DNA from: a phage
DNA length: 64,000 nucleotides
Sequence record: NC_135728.1
Strand: one strand, 5' to 3'
Under the pieces are notes generated by a model. It had not been told where the DNA came from, made no database searches, and was given only the letters and a program-made list of their open reading frames with translations. The translations under genes were made by a program, and so were the position numbers. This document shows positions 8,337 through 17,946 of the stretch, piece by piece (within the stretch, counting starts at the first letter, position 1; each line of letters begins with the position of its first letter).

Positions 8337-8801
8337 GTGGAAGACGGACGTTTAATGAAGTCTGAACGCAGGCTTATTGTGCAACTGATCCCAGAAACAG
8401 CTTGGTATAATAACCTCCGAAACGCTGTGAAGAAGAGTGAGTGGGATAAGATCCGTAAGAAGTGCTACAGAGAAGCCAACTACACTTGCGAGGTGTGCGG
8501 AGGTAAAGGCAGCAAACATCCAGTGGAGTGTCATGAACTTTACACTTTCGAAGAAGGAGTGATCCGTCTTGTCGGACTGATAGCGTTGTGCCCAGACTGT
8601 CACACATCGGTGCATCCTGGGTTAGCAAATATCCGTGGAAAGTATGCTCAGGCAGTTAATCAGTTGGCTAAGGTGAATAAGATCACCAAGGGTATGGCAG
8701 AGGCGTATTACCGAGACTGCTTTGCAGAGTGGCGTGAGCTTAGTAAAGTTCCAGAATGGAAGACTGACTTTTCGTGGATAGAGGGTTACCTTGATGGCTA
8801 A
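8337..8801 (+). CDS. HNH endonuclease
   Basis: CEVCGG ... HPVECHE ... CPDCH zinc/HNH-type motif; GTG start after GAGGAG. Confidence 0.65.
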   Translation: MEDGRLMKSERRLIVQLIPETAWYNNLRNAVKKSEWDKIRKKCYREANYTCEVCGGKGSKHPVECHELYTFEEGVIRLVGLIALCPDCHTSVHPGLANIRGKYAQAVNQLAKVNKITKGMAEAYYRDCFAEWRELSKVPEWKTDFSWIEGYLDG

Positions 8802-9084
8802 GAAACCTGTAAAAGAGAAATTTGATAAGACAGCTTTTGTATTCGATACACCTTTGGACGATATCATCAGAGGTATGCAAGCCTTGTATCGGAAGTCTGA
8901 ATCTGAGCAGCTGTCGGAATCAGAGCTTTACTGGTTGGGTTGGTGGGAGCTTAATCTACCTAAAGCTGAAAGCTCTGATCTAAAAACCGTTAAAACGTGT
9001 GCCCAAGAAAATGCTGCACTTGGAATTTACCACAAAAGAAAAAGATCAACAAAAAGCTCTCCAAGAAAGACTAAAAAGTCTTGA
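8794..9084 (+). CDS. hypothetical protein, basic C-terminus
   Basis: Track ORF; ATG at 8794 after GAGGG. Confidence 0.45.
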   Translation: MAKKPVKEKFDKTAFVFDTPLDDIIRGMQALYRKSESEQLSESELYWLGWWELNLPKAESSDLKTVKTCAQENAALGIYHKRKRSTKSSPRKTKKS

Positions 9085-9110
9085 CAAATGAGTCTCTGAT
9101 CTGATATTAT
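9081..9110 (+). promoter_or_regulatory. sigma70-like promoter TTGACA-17/18-TATTAT
   Basis: Consensus -35 and near-consensus -10 before gene 9144. Confidence 0.45.
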
Positions 9111-9143
9111 CAGTTAACTATTTATTAACTAGGAGAACTAGGT

Positions 9144-9452
9144 ATGCTTAAAATTTTTATTGTTGAAGATAAAGATATCGTCCAGTTGTATGCAAACGAG
9201 AATCACAAAGGTATGATTCTGAAGAAGGCAAAAAACCTTCATGAAAACACAATTCAACCGGGTGATGTAATTAAGATCTGTGGTTATATGATACCAGACT
9301 CCTTGATGAAAATAACCCACCACTGGGGGTCTAATCCGTTCCTTTTTGAAAAGTATTGGGATGTTGAGTCACTTATTGCAGAGAGTGATGATGCATTTCA
9401 TTACAGCATCCAACCATCTTGCAGAATAACTAACAGGAGGGGCTTTGAGTAG
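9144..9452 (+). CDS. hypothetical protein
   Basis: AGGAGAA RBS. Confidence 0.5.
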   Translation: MLKIFIVEDKDIVQLYANENHKGMILKKAKNLHENTIQPGDVIKICGYMIPDSLMKITHHWGSNPFLFEKYWDVESLIAESDDAFHYSIQPSCRITNRRGFE

Positions 9453-10584
9453 AGAATATCCACTTATTGAATCTGTAGATTGTCTTGCTGATCTTCTCGA
9501 ACCTGACGCTATAGTTTATTATGACTTCGACCAGGTTGCATATCAAGCTGCGGCAAGTTGTGAAAAAAGGACAATTGAGGTAACACACAAAGCCTCCGGA
9601 CGTAAGAAGATGTTTAAAACACGAACAGAGTTCTGGGGGCGGCAGAAAAACACCGTTGGTGGTTGGTTAAAAGCTGAGAATACCAACCGTGAAGCCGCAT
9701 GTAAAAAGGCTGGAAAGGAGTTTATTCCGTGGACACGCGAAGATTTCGATGTCTTGGATATCCAAACCCCTGATCCTGTAGAGAACTGCTTACACACAAT
9801 TAAGTGTAAAGCTAATGCAGTTCTTAACTATCTTGGTATTCCGGAAGAGCGATGTGTCGGGGTGTTGGGAGGCACAGGTAACTTCAGACTAGATCTTCCA
9901 ATGCCGGAAAGATACAAAGCCAACCGTAACAATACTCTTCGACCACTGCTGCTTGGAGATGCAAGACAGTATCTCCAAAAGCAGTATAATGCTCAAGTGA
10001 TCAACGGTATCGAGGCTGACGACTGGTTAGCTATCCAGCAATTTGAAGGTTGGAACCACTACCAAAAAACAGGTAAGTTCAACAAGTTTATTATCTCTAT
10101 TGATAAGGACCAAAGAACACTACCTGGACTTGTGTTCGATCCCATGCGAAACGATAAGGGAGATTTTGTAAGGGAAACCCCTATGCTGATCGATAACGGC
10201 ATGGGAAACATCTTCATGAAGCCTAATGGAGAGGTTGGTGGTTACGGAATGCTGTTCTTCGGATACCAAATGCTGTGTGGTGACTCTGCTGACAACATCA
10301 AGCCGTATCAAGGACTTATCGGTAAGGGTAAGTTCGGGGATGCCTCAGCATTCTACCTGCTGTCTCAGTGCAGCACTCCAAAGGAGATGTGGGTGGCTAT
10401 TATTGATCAGTACAAGAAGTGGTTCCCGAAAGGTGTTGTTAAGTATACTGACTTCAATGGCATTGATCGTAGAATTTCCGTAGGTCAATGGATGAGTATA
10501 ATTTTTGACTGTTTGTATATGAAGCGAACATTCAATGATCAAACAAAACTTGTTAACGTTCTTAGAAATGTTGGAGCAATTTGA
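9445..10584 (+). CDS. 5'-3' exonuclease / flap endonuclease (T5 D15-like)
   Basis: GIEADDWLAI (cf. D15 GVEADD), SIDKDQRTL, MLCGDSADNIKPYQGLIGKGKFGDA helix-3-turn-helix; TTG start after AGGAGGGG. Confidence 0.75.
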   Translation: MSREYPLIESVDCLADLLEPDAIVYYDFDQVAYQAAASCEKRTIEVTHKASGRKKMFKTRTEFWGRQKNTVGGWLKAENTNREAACKKAGKEFIPWTREDFDVLDIQTPDPVENCLHTIKCKANAVLNYLGIPEERCVGVLGGTGNFRLDLPMPERYKANRNNTLRPLLLGDARQYLQKQYNAQVINGIEADDWLAIQQFEGWNHYQKTGKFNKFIISIDKDQRTLPGLVFDPMRNDKGDFVRETPMLIDNGMGNIFMKPNGEVGGYGMLFFGYQMLCGDSADNIKPYQGLIGKGKFGDASAFYLLSQCSTPKEMWVAIIDQYKKWFPKGVVKYTDFNGIDRRISVGQWMSIIFDCLYMKRTFNDQTKLVNVLRNVGAI

Positions 10585-10916
10585 TGACTAAAAATGCTGT
10601 AGATAATGCAATTATGGAAGCTGTTTTTGAGGATGATCATACAACAGGGACACTTAAAACAAAAAACACATTTATTGTTGCCACAGGTATGTGGCGGTTG
10701 TACGAAGATGACACTATTGCATACATCTTGTATACTGATGATTACGCAGATGACCGTGTATGGTCTGCTGTTTTAAAAGAGGATTGTGAGCTGATTGAGG
10801 GCGAGCGGTTATGCATGTTCACCAGTGTGGAAACAGATGTTAAGCTTTGCTCTCTCGTCTTGTTCAAAGATAAGGCTTATGCTCCTGATGAAGGAGAGGA
10901 GGATGAGAGAGCATGA
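10584..10916 (+). CDS. hypothetical acidic protein
   Basis: Track ORF. Confidence 0.5.
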   Translation: MTKNAVDNAIMEAVFEDDHTTGTLKTKNTFIVATGMWRLYEDDTIAYILYTDDYADDRVWSAVLKEDCELIEGERLCMFTSVETDVKLCSLVLFKDKAYAPDEGEEDERA

Positions 10917-11542
10917 GAGAGCGTCTATTATCCATAGACCAGTCGTTGACACACACAGCTTGCGTTGTATGGGACGATGGAAAGCCTGTTCATAAGGTTG
11001 TGTTACGAACTCAAAGCTCATCTGCAAAAGAGAAGAAACCAGGGACGGTTTCTTTTGCAACAGCTGCTGAGCGCATTGACTGGATCTGCAAACAGGTCAG
11101 ATATTATATCCACACGCACGGAGTTGACACCGTGGTTATGGAAGGGCTTTCCTTTGGATCACGCGGTGATGCCACACGTGAGCTGGCTGGGCTGTTTTAC
11201 GGTCTTGAAATTATGCTTTGGGATGCCTTAGCTGATTGTGAAAATGACGGCCTGTTTAAGGTCCACACAGTGACACCAACAACTGCCAAAAAGTTTGCTC
11301 GTAGTCATCTTCCTGAAGAACTTGCTTTTGAGGAGAAGAAAAAGCTTGACAAAAAGACAGGTAAAGAGCATACTGTGAAGAAACCTGTTACAATGGATAA
11401 AAAGTTGATGGTTAAGGCCTGCGAAGTATCTGAACCTGGGTTCCTAGATGGGATCAATTTGGTACAAGGTAAGGCCGATCTCGCAGATGCTTATTGGATA
11501 GGCAGGGCTCATCTGGAGGGATTATCGCAAAGCGTAAAATAA
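10913..11542 (+). CDS. RuvC-like Holliday junction resolvase
   Basis: SIDQSLTHTACVV, VVMEGLSFGSRGD, C-terminal ADLADA; ATGA overlap with upstream gene. Confidence 0.6.
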   Translation: MRERLLSIDQSLTHTACVVWDDGKPVHKVVLRTQSSSAKEKKPGTVSFATAAERIDWICKQVRYYIHTHGVDTVVMEGLSFGSRGDATRELAGLFYGLEIMLWDALADCENDGLFKVHTVTPTTAKKFARSHLPEELAFEEKKKLDKKTGKEHTVKKPVTMDKKLMVKACEVSEPGFLDGINLVQGKADLADAYWIGRAHLEGLSQSVK

Positions 11543-12099
11543 GAAAGAAAGCTGTCAAAGCCCCAGTTCATAACGGGTGGTTAAAAGATTCTAAGGACAT
11601 AGCCAACTTTCGAAAAGAATTGTCAGAGGAGCAGGATGGTCTTGATCCGATCTTGTGCGAGCCACTTCGTAAGCCTTGTTTAGATCATGATCATCTGACT
11701 GGTCGTTGCAGGGGTGTTTTGTCTCAATGCACTAATACCTTTGAGGGATATGTGCTTAAATACTGGATGAAATACTGTAACGAGTATACAGATTGCAGTT
11801 TATCAGAGGCGTTGCGCCGGATGGCTGACTATTTGGAGAAAGACTACAGCGACTTCCCGCTCCACAAAAACTACAGAGATGATATGACAAAGTTCTTGAG
11901 GAGATGCTCTAAAGCTACGATTATTGCACGAGCAGAATCAGATCTAAATCTTGTCATTAATCCGGAGTGCACCAAGCATGAGGCTATTGAGTTCTACATG
12001 CAGGAGTTTATAAAGAAAACTGAGGAGAGAGATTTCTATGGGGATGAAAAAGGTATTCAATCCTTGCGACTCAGTCCTGATCAGGATGAAATACCGTAA
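11494..12099 (+). CDS. endonuclease VII-like HNH nuclease domain protein
   Basis: CLDHDHLTGRCRGVLSQCTN (DHxHxTGxxRGxLxxxCN); only start available in frame is TTG at 11494 with no RBS, 48 nt inside previous gene. Confidence 0.5.
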   Translation: MDRQGSSGGIIAKRKIRKKAVKAPVHNGWLKDSKDIANFRKELSEEQDGLDPILCEPLRKPCLDHDHLTGRCRGVLSQCTNTFEGYVLKYWMKYCNEYTDCSLSEALRRMADYLEKDYSDFPLHKNYRDDMTKFLRRCSKATIIARAESDLNLVINPECTKHEAIEFYMQEFIKKTEERDFYGDEKGIQSLRLSPDQDEIP

Positions 12100-12259
12100 C
12101 TGGAAAGGTGTTGTTGCAGATCGCTGCGTTACTGAGCCTAATTTATGGTTTGGATCTACAGAGTATCATAAAGAAGAGCAGTGGTTGATGCGTGCCTTCG
12201 ATGTAGACAAGGGCGAATATCGTGACTTCGCTTTAAAAGACATTCTTCAGTTTTACTAA
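12038..12259 (+). CDS. hypothetical protein
   Basis: GGAGAGAG RBS; overlaps previous ORF end. Confidence 0.35.
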   Translation: MGMKKVFNPCDSVLIRMKYRNWKGVVADRCVTEPNLWFGSTEYHKEEQWLMRAFDVDKGEYRDFALKDILQFY

Positions 12260-12271
12260 GGAATCTTAACG

Positions 12272-13255
12272 ATGATGACAAAGTTAACTCTTGAGCAAAT
12301 TTTAACACTAAAGCAACAGGGATACACTAATAGACAAATTGCTCGTGAATTTTTAGGCCGTGAGTCACGTGAGAGCTGGATCCGACTACAGCTTAAACGT
12401 GCACAAGAGAATATGTCAGAGATTGTAGGAGAAGCAACGGAGCGCTTCCTTGAAGAACACAAAGGTGCTAAAGTTTGGGTGTATGATACAGAGACATCCC
12501 CAACAAACGGCTGGTTCTTTGGGCACTATAAGACCAACATTCAAACCTGTGGTATTGAAGTTATGCCCTATATGCTAACTTTCGCAGGTAAGTGGTTAGA
12601 CAGCCCTAGTGTGGTTGACTGCGCTCTTCCAGATTACAAAATGTGGGATGAAGATATTCACAATGATCTCGAATTGATTCAGGATTTGTGGTATTATCTG
12701 GATAAATGCGATGTCGCAGTAGCCCACAATTCAGGTTTTGACTGCGGGTGGGCCAACCAACGATTTGCATTTCACGGGTTGCCTCCAACAAGCCCCTACA
12801 AAGAGGTTGACACCCTTAAAATGATCAAGAAGGCATTCCGTTTGAATGCAAACACTTTGGAGTATGCATGCAAATACTTCCAACTGGCCAGACAGAAACT
12901 GATTGATCACACATTTGAAATGTGGATCAAGTGTGTCCATGGCGATCTTGAGGCATTTAAACAGATGCGGGAGTATAATGTTGGTGATATCCTGTCTCTG
13001 GAAGGACTGTATTTGCTGGCTCGCCCGTTTGCTAAGCAGCACCCAAACATGTCATTGTACTACCAGGACGAGGAGCCAAAGGTTCGTTGCCCACGCTGTG
13101 GTGGAGAACACTTTCACGAGGAAGAAGCTTTGGCATATACTCAGCTGAGTGCATTTAAAACATACCGCTGCGAAGGTTGTGGATCTGTTGTTCGTGACCG
13201 TAACAACATCCGTACCAGAGAAGAAATGAAAAACACCCTGATTCAGATAATCTAA
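12272..13255 (+). CDS. DEDDh 3'-5' exonuclease with N-terminal HTH and C-terminal zinc ribbon
   Basis: Exo motifs YDTETS, HNSGFD, YNVGD; CPRCGG...CEGCGS; HTH-like LKQQGYTNRQIAREF. Confidence 0.6.
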   Translation: MMTKLTLEQILTLKQQGYTNRQIAREFLGRESRESWIRLQLKRAQENMSEIVGEATERFLEEHKGAKVWVYDTETSPTNGWFFGHYKTNIQTCGIEVMPYMLTFAGKWLDSPSVVDCALPDYKMWDEDIHNDLELIQDLWYYLDKCDVAVAHNSGFDCGWANQRFAFHGLPPTSPYKEVDTLKMIKKAFRLNANTLEYACKYFQLARQKLIDHTFEMWIKCVHGDLEAFKQMREYNVGDILSLEGLYLLARPFAKQHPNMSLYYQDEEPKVRCPRCGGEHFHEEEALAYTQLSAFKTYRCEGCGSVVRDRNNIRTREEMKNTLIQII

Positions 13256-13263
13256 CAATTATA

Positions 13264-13291
13264 GGGAGGCTTGCGCCTCCCTTTTCCTTTT
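13264..13291 (+). terminator. rho-independent terminator
   Basis: GGGAGGC-TTGC-GCCTCCC followed by TTTTCCTTTT. Confidence 0.6.
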
Positions 13292-13300
13292 GGAGGCACT

Positions 13301-14119
13301 TTGAGCAAGAAAGAGTCCAACGACAAATATTACACAAACCCTGAGTATGCAGAATATCTTGTTGGTAAAGTAAAAGACAAGTATGGGAATTGTGCATACG
13401 TTGAGCCTTCTGCTGGAAGGGGTTCTTTTTCAAAACTATTTTCAAAGATACTGTCGTACGATCTAGTACCAGATCCTGAATTTGAAGGACCAACACAGTG
13501 CATTCAGGCAAACTTCTTGGAGGTGCATCCTAAGGCAGATGTCTTCATAGGTAACCCACCATTTGGCAAGAATTCATCTTTAGCTTGCAAATTCTTTAAC
13601 CATTGTGCATCATTGCTAGAGCTTGGCGGGGCTATAGCCTTCATCTTGCCACGGACATTTGAAAAAATATTTTTTGCAAACAAACTGGACATGTCTATGC
13701 ACCTTGTCTACAGCGAAAGGTGCCCTAAGAACTCGTTTTTACTTAATGGCAAACCTTACGACGTGCCATGTGTTTTCCAAATTTGGGAGAAAAAGGCGTG
13801 CAATAGGGATCCTGTAGAGATTGGAGAGAATAAGTTATTTTCTTTTAGCACTCCGGATGACTACGACTTCTGTGTAAGACGTGTTGGGTATAATGCTGGA
13901 AAAGTATTGGGGGATGATGACCCAAAATCTGAAGAATCGACATATTTCATAAAATCTTTAGTTGACGGTGTTGACAGAGTGTTTGCCGAATGCTATTCTT
14001 CTTTTCAAGAAGAAGCAGGTAAGACTGCTGGAATGAAGAGTATAGGCAAGAAAGAACTACAATACATTTTGGAGACCCGGTATGATCAAAAGCATAGACT
14101 TGACCAAAGAACTTACTGA
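13301..14119 (+). CDS. N6-adenine DNA methyltransferase
   Basis: Motif I-like EPSAGRGSF then motif IV IGNPPFGK; start uncertain (TTG at 13301 after GGAGG; track start lies inside the terminator hairpin). Confidence 0.7.
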   Translation: MSKKESNDKYYTNPEYAEYLVGKVKDKYGNCAYVEPSAGRGSFSKLFSKILSYDLVPDPEFEGPTQCIQANFLEVHPKADVFIGNPPFGKNSSLACKFFNHCASLLELGGAIAFILPRTFEKIFFANKLDMSMHLVYSERCPKNSFLLNGKPYDVPCVFQIWEKKACNRDPVEIGENKLFSFSTPDDYDFCVRRVGYNAGKVLGDDDPKSEESTYFIKSLVDGVDRVFAECYSSFQEEAGKTAGMKSIGKKELQYILETRYDQKHRLDQRTY

Positions 14120-14540
14120 TGCAAAAGCTTTTGGTGAGACAGCGGTACAAAGAGGCCAGGCGATGGGACTGGCACTACCTTTCGTCTTAAAAGAGCACTT
14201 TACAGATTTTCAACTTATCAAAGGTGATAAGGGAATGCTTATCCTGGAGCATAAGTTGAGTAAGAAACGCTACAAAGTTGTTTTTAATTCTAAAGCCCCA
14301 ACAAAACTTGGATTCAGAACTTACAATCTCAACCCATCCTATACTAAGGGTGTTGGAAGGGTAGAACAACAGCATTTCAGTGCTAGAGCTTCTTTAGCCC
14401 CTTTGATGCTAAATTTCTCAGGAGTGGCTTTAGGATACCTTGATAAGAAAAGAGTTCTTCATGTCCGTTTCACAGACTTTGTAACGCTTTTAGCTAACAA
14501 CGAAGTTGATGAAAAGGGACGTGTAAAAACAAACTTCTAA
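14082..14540 (+). CDS. hypothetical protein
   Basis: Track ORF, GGAGAC RBS. Confidence 0.5.
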   Translation: MIKSIDLTKELTDAKAFGETAVQRGQAMGLALPFVLKEHFTDFQLIKGDKGMLILEHKLSKKRYKVVFNSKAPTKLGFRTYNLNPSYTKGVGRVEQQHFSARASLAPLMLNFSGVALGYLDKKRVLHVRFTDFVTLLANNEVDEKGRVKTNF

Positions 14541-14555
14541 TAACGCATAGTATGA

Positions 14556-14759
14556 TTGGAGACCGCAATGACACTAAAGTTAACAATTCCAGACAGCTTT
14601 TCAGAAAACTTTATCCCAGAAATGATGGGTAAGATGCGATCATTGCTTGATCAGATTGAGGAAGCTGTTTGGGAAGACGATGCTGTAGTGGCTAACGAGC
14701 TAGTAGATAAGTGTAAAAGTATTATTGATGCAGTTGAAGAATACTACGGAGGTTTTTGA
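14556..14759 (+). CDS. hypothetical acidic protein
   Basis: Track ORF, GGAGA RBS. Confidence 0.5.
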   Translation: METAMTLKLTIPDSFSENFIPEMMGKMRSLLDQIEEAVWEDDAVVANELVDKCKSIIDAVEEYYGGF

Positions 14760-15373
14760 TGGATATTATTGTTCTTAACGCCCCACCCAGCAGCGGTAAG
14801 GATCACATTGCAGATCTCTTGTTGGAAGCTATTCCTAACTCACACCATCGTGAGGTTAAGGAGATGCTCTTCAGCGTGGCAATTAAGGCAGCTGGTGTAA
14901 CTCCTCAACTCTGGAATGCACTTTATGACCGCCACTACAAAGAAGAGCCTTGCCCTTTCTTAATGATAGACGGCAAGCATGTTTCTCCGCGAGAGTGGAT
15001 GATCCATTGTAGTGAAAATCTGATTAAACCTATCTTTGGTGAAGATGCTTTCGGTAAGGCCGCAGTCACATCCTTGAAGAAAGATTTCCCTAAAGGTAAA
15101 GGGGTTGTTGTTTACTCCGATGGTGGATTTAAAGAGGAGCTGGCGTGCCTTAGTGAGTACGCATACAGCACAGGTGGAGATCTGTTGTTGTTCCGTATTC
15201 ACCGTGTCGGATATGACTGGGGAAATGATTCCAGAACCTATCTAAGTCTGGAAAAGAACGGAATAAAAGGGATTGAGTTCGATGTTGTAAATCCTGAAGG
15301 TGCACCTTGGGAATGTGCATCGGAGATTGTGTGCAAGTATATTGATGCTAAAGAGGCCCAAGAAGAATGTTAA
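14759..15373 (+). CDS. deoxynucleoside monophosphate kinase-like P-loop protein
   Basis: NAPPSSGKDHIADLL (SGKD as in T4 gp1 dNMP kinase). Confidence 0.5.
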   Translation: MDIIVLNAPPSSGKDHIADLLLEAIPNSHHREVKEMLFSVAIKAAGVTPQLWNALYDRHYKEEPCPFLMIDGKHVSPREWMIHCSENLIKPIFGEDAFGKAAVTSLKKDFPKGKGVVVYSDGGFKEELACLSEYAYSTGGDLLLFRIHRVGYDWGNDSRTYLSLEKNGIKGIEFDVVNPEGAPWECASEIVCKYIDAKEAQEEC

Positions 15374-15960
15374 TCGGAATTGATGTAGATTTGACACTGG
15401 TAGATTCAGGAACAGCATGGTGGGAGTGGTTGGAGCGTTTGTATGGTCCAGCCAGTAAGACAGTCGTTAAACCTTCTAATGGGCTGATGTATTACGATCT
15501 GTCAAAGTATTGGCCTGATCGCCCCAAAGAAAACATCATAGGACCTTTTGATTTCTGGAGTGATCCGTTCCTCTACGACTTCCTTAAGCCTGAAGAGGGG
15601 GCTATTGAGGTTATGAAAGATTTGGTGGCTCGCGGTCACAAGCTCGCATTTATCTCGGTATGCAAGAAAGGTCACCTTGCATCTAAATCAAGGTTCTTAA
15701 AGCGTTGGACCAGTGATTTTATGGATCTGGATGATCACACCCAGGGTCACGGCTTCTACGCCACACATTTCAAAGGTAATGTGGCTGTAGATGTTATAAT
15801 TGACGACAGGCATGAATACCTGAACCAATTCGCTTCACGACCTGAAGTTATTAAAATCCTAAAAGACACACCTTATGAGCAATTCGAGGAGTTAAAGGTC
15901 AGTGTTGACTATACCACTAATAGCTGGTATAAAATAGGAAAGTTTTTAGAAGGTATTTGA
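15367..15960 (+). CDS. HAD-superfamily hydrolase, 5'(3')-deoxyribonucleotidase-like
   Basis: N-terminal IGIDVDLTLVD (DxDxT). Confidence 0.55.
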   Translation: MLIGIDVDLTLVDSGTAWWEWLERLYGPASKTVVKPSNGLMYYDLSKYWPDRPKENIIGPFDFWSDPFLYDFLKPEEGAIEVMKDLVARGHKLAFISVCKKGHLASKSRFLKRWTSDFMDLDDHTQGHGFYATHFKGNVAVDVIIDDRHEYLNQFASRPEVIKILKDTPYEQFEELKVSVDYTTNSWYKIGKFLEGI

Positions 15961-15961
15961 A

Positions 15962-16162
15962 ATGGGCAGATGTTCTAAAGGTGGCGATCCTGTAGTCAGA
16001 TACGGTGACTGGCTGGAGGTATATGATCTGGGGGGCAAGCTAGTGTATGCCTCCAGGATCACCCAAGACATGTGCTCTGATATGTTTAACAGATACCTTG
16101 CATTTAAGGCTAACATAAGCCCAGACGAAATTTCCAAAATTAAAACAAGGAGAGCTAAATAA
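15962..16162 (+). CDS. hypothetical protein
   Basis: Track ORF. Confidence 0.45.
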   Translation: MGRCSKGGDPVVRYGDWLEVYDLGGKLVYASRITQDMCSDMFNRYLAFKANISPDEISKIKTRRAK

Positions 16163-17145
16163 TGCTAAAACTGTGCACTGCAAAGATTATTGCTGACAGC
16201 ATTTCCGAGAAAGGTAAGCGTATCACCACTTTTGAGCTAGAGTATCCTCGAATTATTCACTCAGAGCTTATGACGCACCGAGTGTTCAGCCGAAACGCCA
16301 TGTCTTCCCGTGCAGTACCTGTCGGCAAGATGCTGCAACAGATTGTGGAGAACCCTGCAATGCCAGTACGCTTCGGTGTAAATAAGCGGGGGATGGAAGA
16401 TGGTGGAGAACACGATCAAAAGATCCGTGTAGAGTACACTGACATGGAGTTAACTCCTGAAGAGTTTTGGAAAGAAGCTGCAAAAAACGCAGCTTGGCAT
16501 GCAGAGAAGTTCGCCCTTGCTGGTTACCATAAGCAAGTATGTAACCGCTTAGTGGAGCCGTTTCAGCGCATGAAAACAGTTGTAACAAGCACAGAGTGGA
16601 ATAATTTCTTCCATCTCCGTTGCTGGCACGATGCGGACCCTACTATTCAGATGTTGGCTAATTGCATGTGGGAGGCTCTTATGAATAGCACTCCTGAAAT
16701 CCTTAAACCTGGTCAATGGCACACACCATATGTAGAGCACGTTTATTTGGACGGCGAGTTTAACTATGCTGTACGTGACACAGAAGGAAAGCTTTGCATT
16801 CTCGATACTGGAGAAGCTCTGTCTATTAGTGCTAGTTGCTGTGCACAAGTATCTTATCGAAATATTGACAGCACGTTTGAAAAGGCAGACAGTGTGGCTA
16901 AAAAATTGATTGGTGGGGATCGTATTCATGCAAGCCCTTACGAGCACCAAGCAACACCTATGGATCACGATAACGCAATGGAACGTTTAAACTACTATCT
17001 ATCTTCATGTGAAATCACACAAGACAGCTGTGTTTGGCAGGAAGGTGTAACCCATCAAGACCGTGATGGTAAATTCTGGTCTGCCAACTTTTGTGGGTGG
17101 GTTCAGCACAGACAACTGCTTAATAACCACTTCGTGAAAGGTTAA
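16162..17145 (+). CDS. thyX: flavin-dependent thymidylate synthase ThyX
   Basis: ThyX signature region MTHRVFSRNAMSSR (HRxFSxNxxSxR); AAGGAGAG RBS. Confidence 0.8.
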   Translation: MLKLCTAKIIADSISEKGKRITTFELEYPRIIHSELMTHRVFSRNAMSSRAVPVGKMLQQIVENPAMPVRFGVNKRGMEDGGEHDQKIRVEYTDMELTPEEFWKEAAKNAAWHAEKFALAGYHKQVCNRLVEPFQRMKTVVTSTEWNNFFHLRCWHDADPTIQMLANCMWEALMNSTPEILKPGQWHTPYVEHVYLDGEFNYAVRDTEGKLCILDTGEALSISASCCAQVSYRNIDSTFEKADSVAKKLIGGDRIHASPYEHQATPMDHDNAMERLNYYLSSCEITQDSCVWQEGVTHQDRDGKFWSANFCGWVQHRQLLNNHFVKG

Positions 17146-17174
17146 TCCTATCACAGCGATAGGTAACTTTTGTG

Positions 17175-17203
17175 TTGACTAATATTATCAGATAATCTAT
17201 AAT
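17175..17203 (+). promoter_or_regulatory. sigma70-like promoter TTGACT-17-TATAAT
   Basis: Consensus -10 and near-consensus -35. Confidence 0.5.
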
Positions 17204-17243
17204 AATGGCTCACTTTGTTGGTGAGCCAGAAATGGAGACAGAT

Positions 17244-17705
17244 ATGAGTAATGTTATGATTCCTAAAAAGACATTTATTTCAGTTACTTTAGATTTCCTA
17301 TCTACCGTACCTGGGTTTAACGTTCGCACACGAAACGGTCTCCGAGCTGCACTCTTCGCCGTAGGCTTTGATTTAAAAAATATTGATGTTCTCCGTGGAA
17401 AAAACGTTCGATGCAAAAATAAGCCAACCCATTATCGAAAGGCAGATGTGTTTGCTGGTGTCATGCGTGCAGACTTTAGATACCCACAAATGTATAACGG
17501 TGTAGATATTTTAGATGTAGATAAAGCACCTGGTGAGGCAATGCTTGTTCAAGATCTTCCGTATGATATCCCAGTAGAAGATCGTGTTAATGTAAGAAAG
17601 TATACAAAACAATCTGAAAAGGCTGAAGATATTCATATTGTTGATGAACCTTTCAATTTTGAAGATCTGCATCGCCTAGAAAAATTATTCGGTATTGAAA
17701 GCTAA
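17244..17705 (+). CDS. hypothetical protein
   Basis: Start placed at MSNVM after GGAGA (track start 17205 abuts the -10 box). Confidence 0.5.
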   Translation: MSNVMIPKKTFISVTLDFLSTVPGFNVRTRNGLRAALFAVGFDLKNIDVLRGKNVRCKNKPTHYRKADVFAGVMRADFRYPQMYNGVDILDVDKAPGEAMLVQDLPYDIPVEDRVNVRKYTKQSEKAEDIHIVDEPFNFEDLHRLEKLFGIES

Positions 17706-17715
17706 GGTGGTGAAG

Positions 17716-17946
17716 ATGAGTCATAGCTCCAAGTGGAAGGATCTTGGTTTTGCAAGTCGGGCAGAGTATGTTGGTTGGCTTTGGTTCAACGGTCTGACAA
17801 ACGATATTAAAATGTATGATGATGTTTATTATGACGAGTATACAGGTAAAATTATAAATATCTCTGTAGAAGAGGATACCTTTATCCAGCAAGATACTGA
17901 TACCTGCCTTGATAAATACGTTAATGAAGTGGAGGAAGCAAATTGA
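17716..17946 (+). CDS. hypothetical protein
   Basis: ATG after AAGGTGGTGAAG. Confidence 0.45.
   Translation: MSHSSKWKDLGFASRAEYVGWLWFNGLTNDIKMYDDVYYDEYTGKIINISVEEDTFIQQDTDTCLDKYVNEVEEAN

Noticed and set aside
11494-11542. Programmed -1 frameshift fusing the RuvC-like and endonuclease VII-like ORFs
   Set aside because: No X XXY YYZ slippery heptamer found in the 48-nt overlap; left as an open question rather than a call.
6822-16968. Minus-strand track ORFs inside rightward genes (e.g. 6822-7520 in the DNA ligase, 13155-13511 in the MTase region, 16549-16968 in thyX)
   Set aside because: Antisense to genes with strong homology support; no independent evidence.
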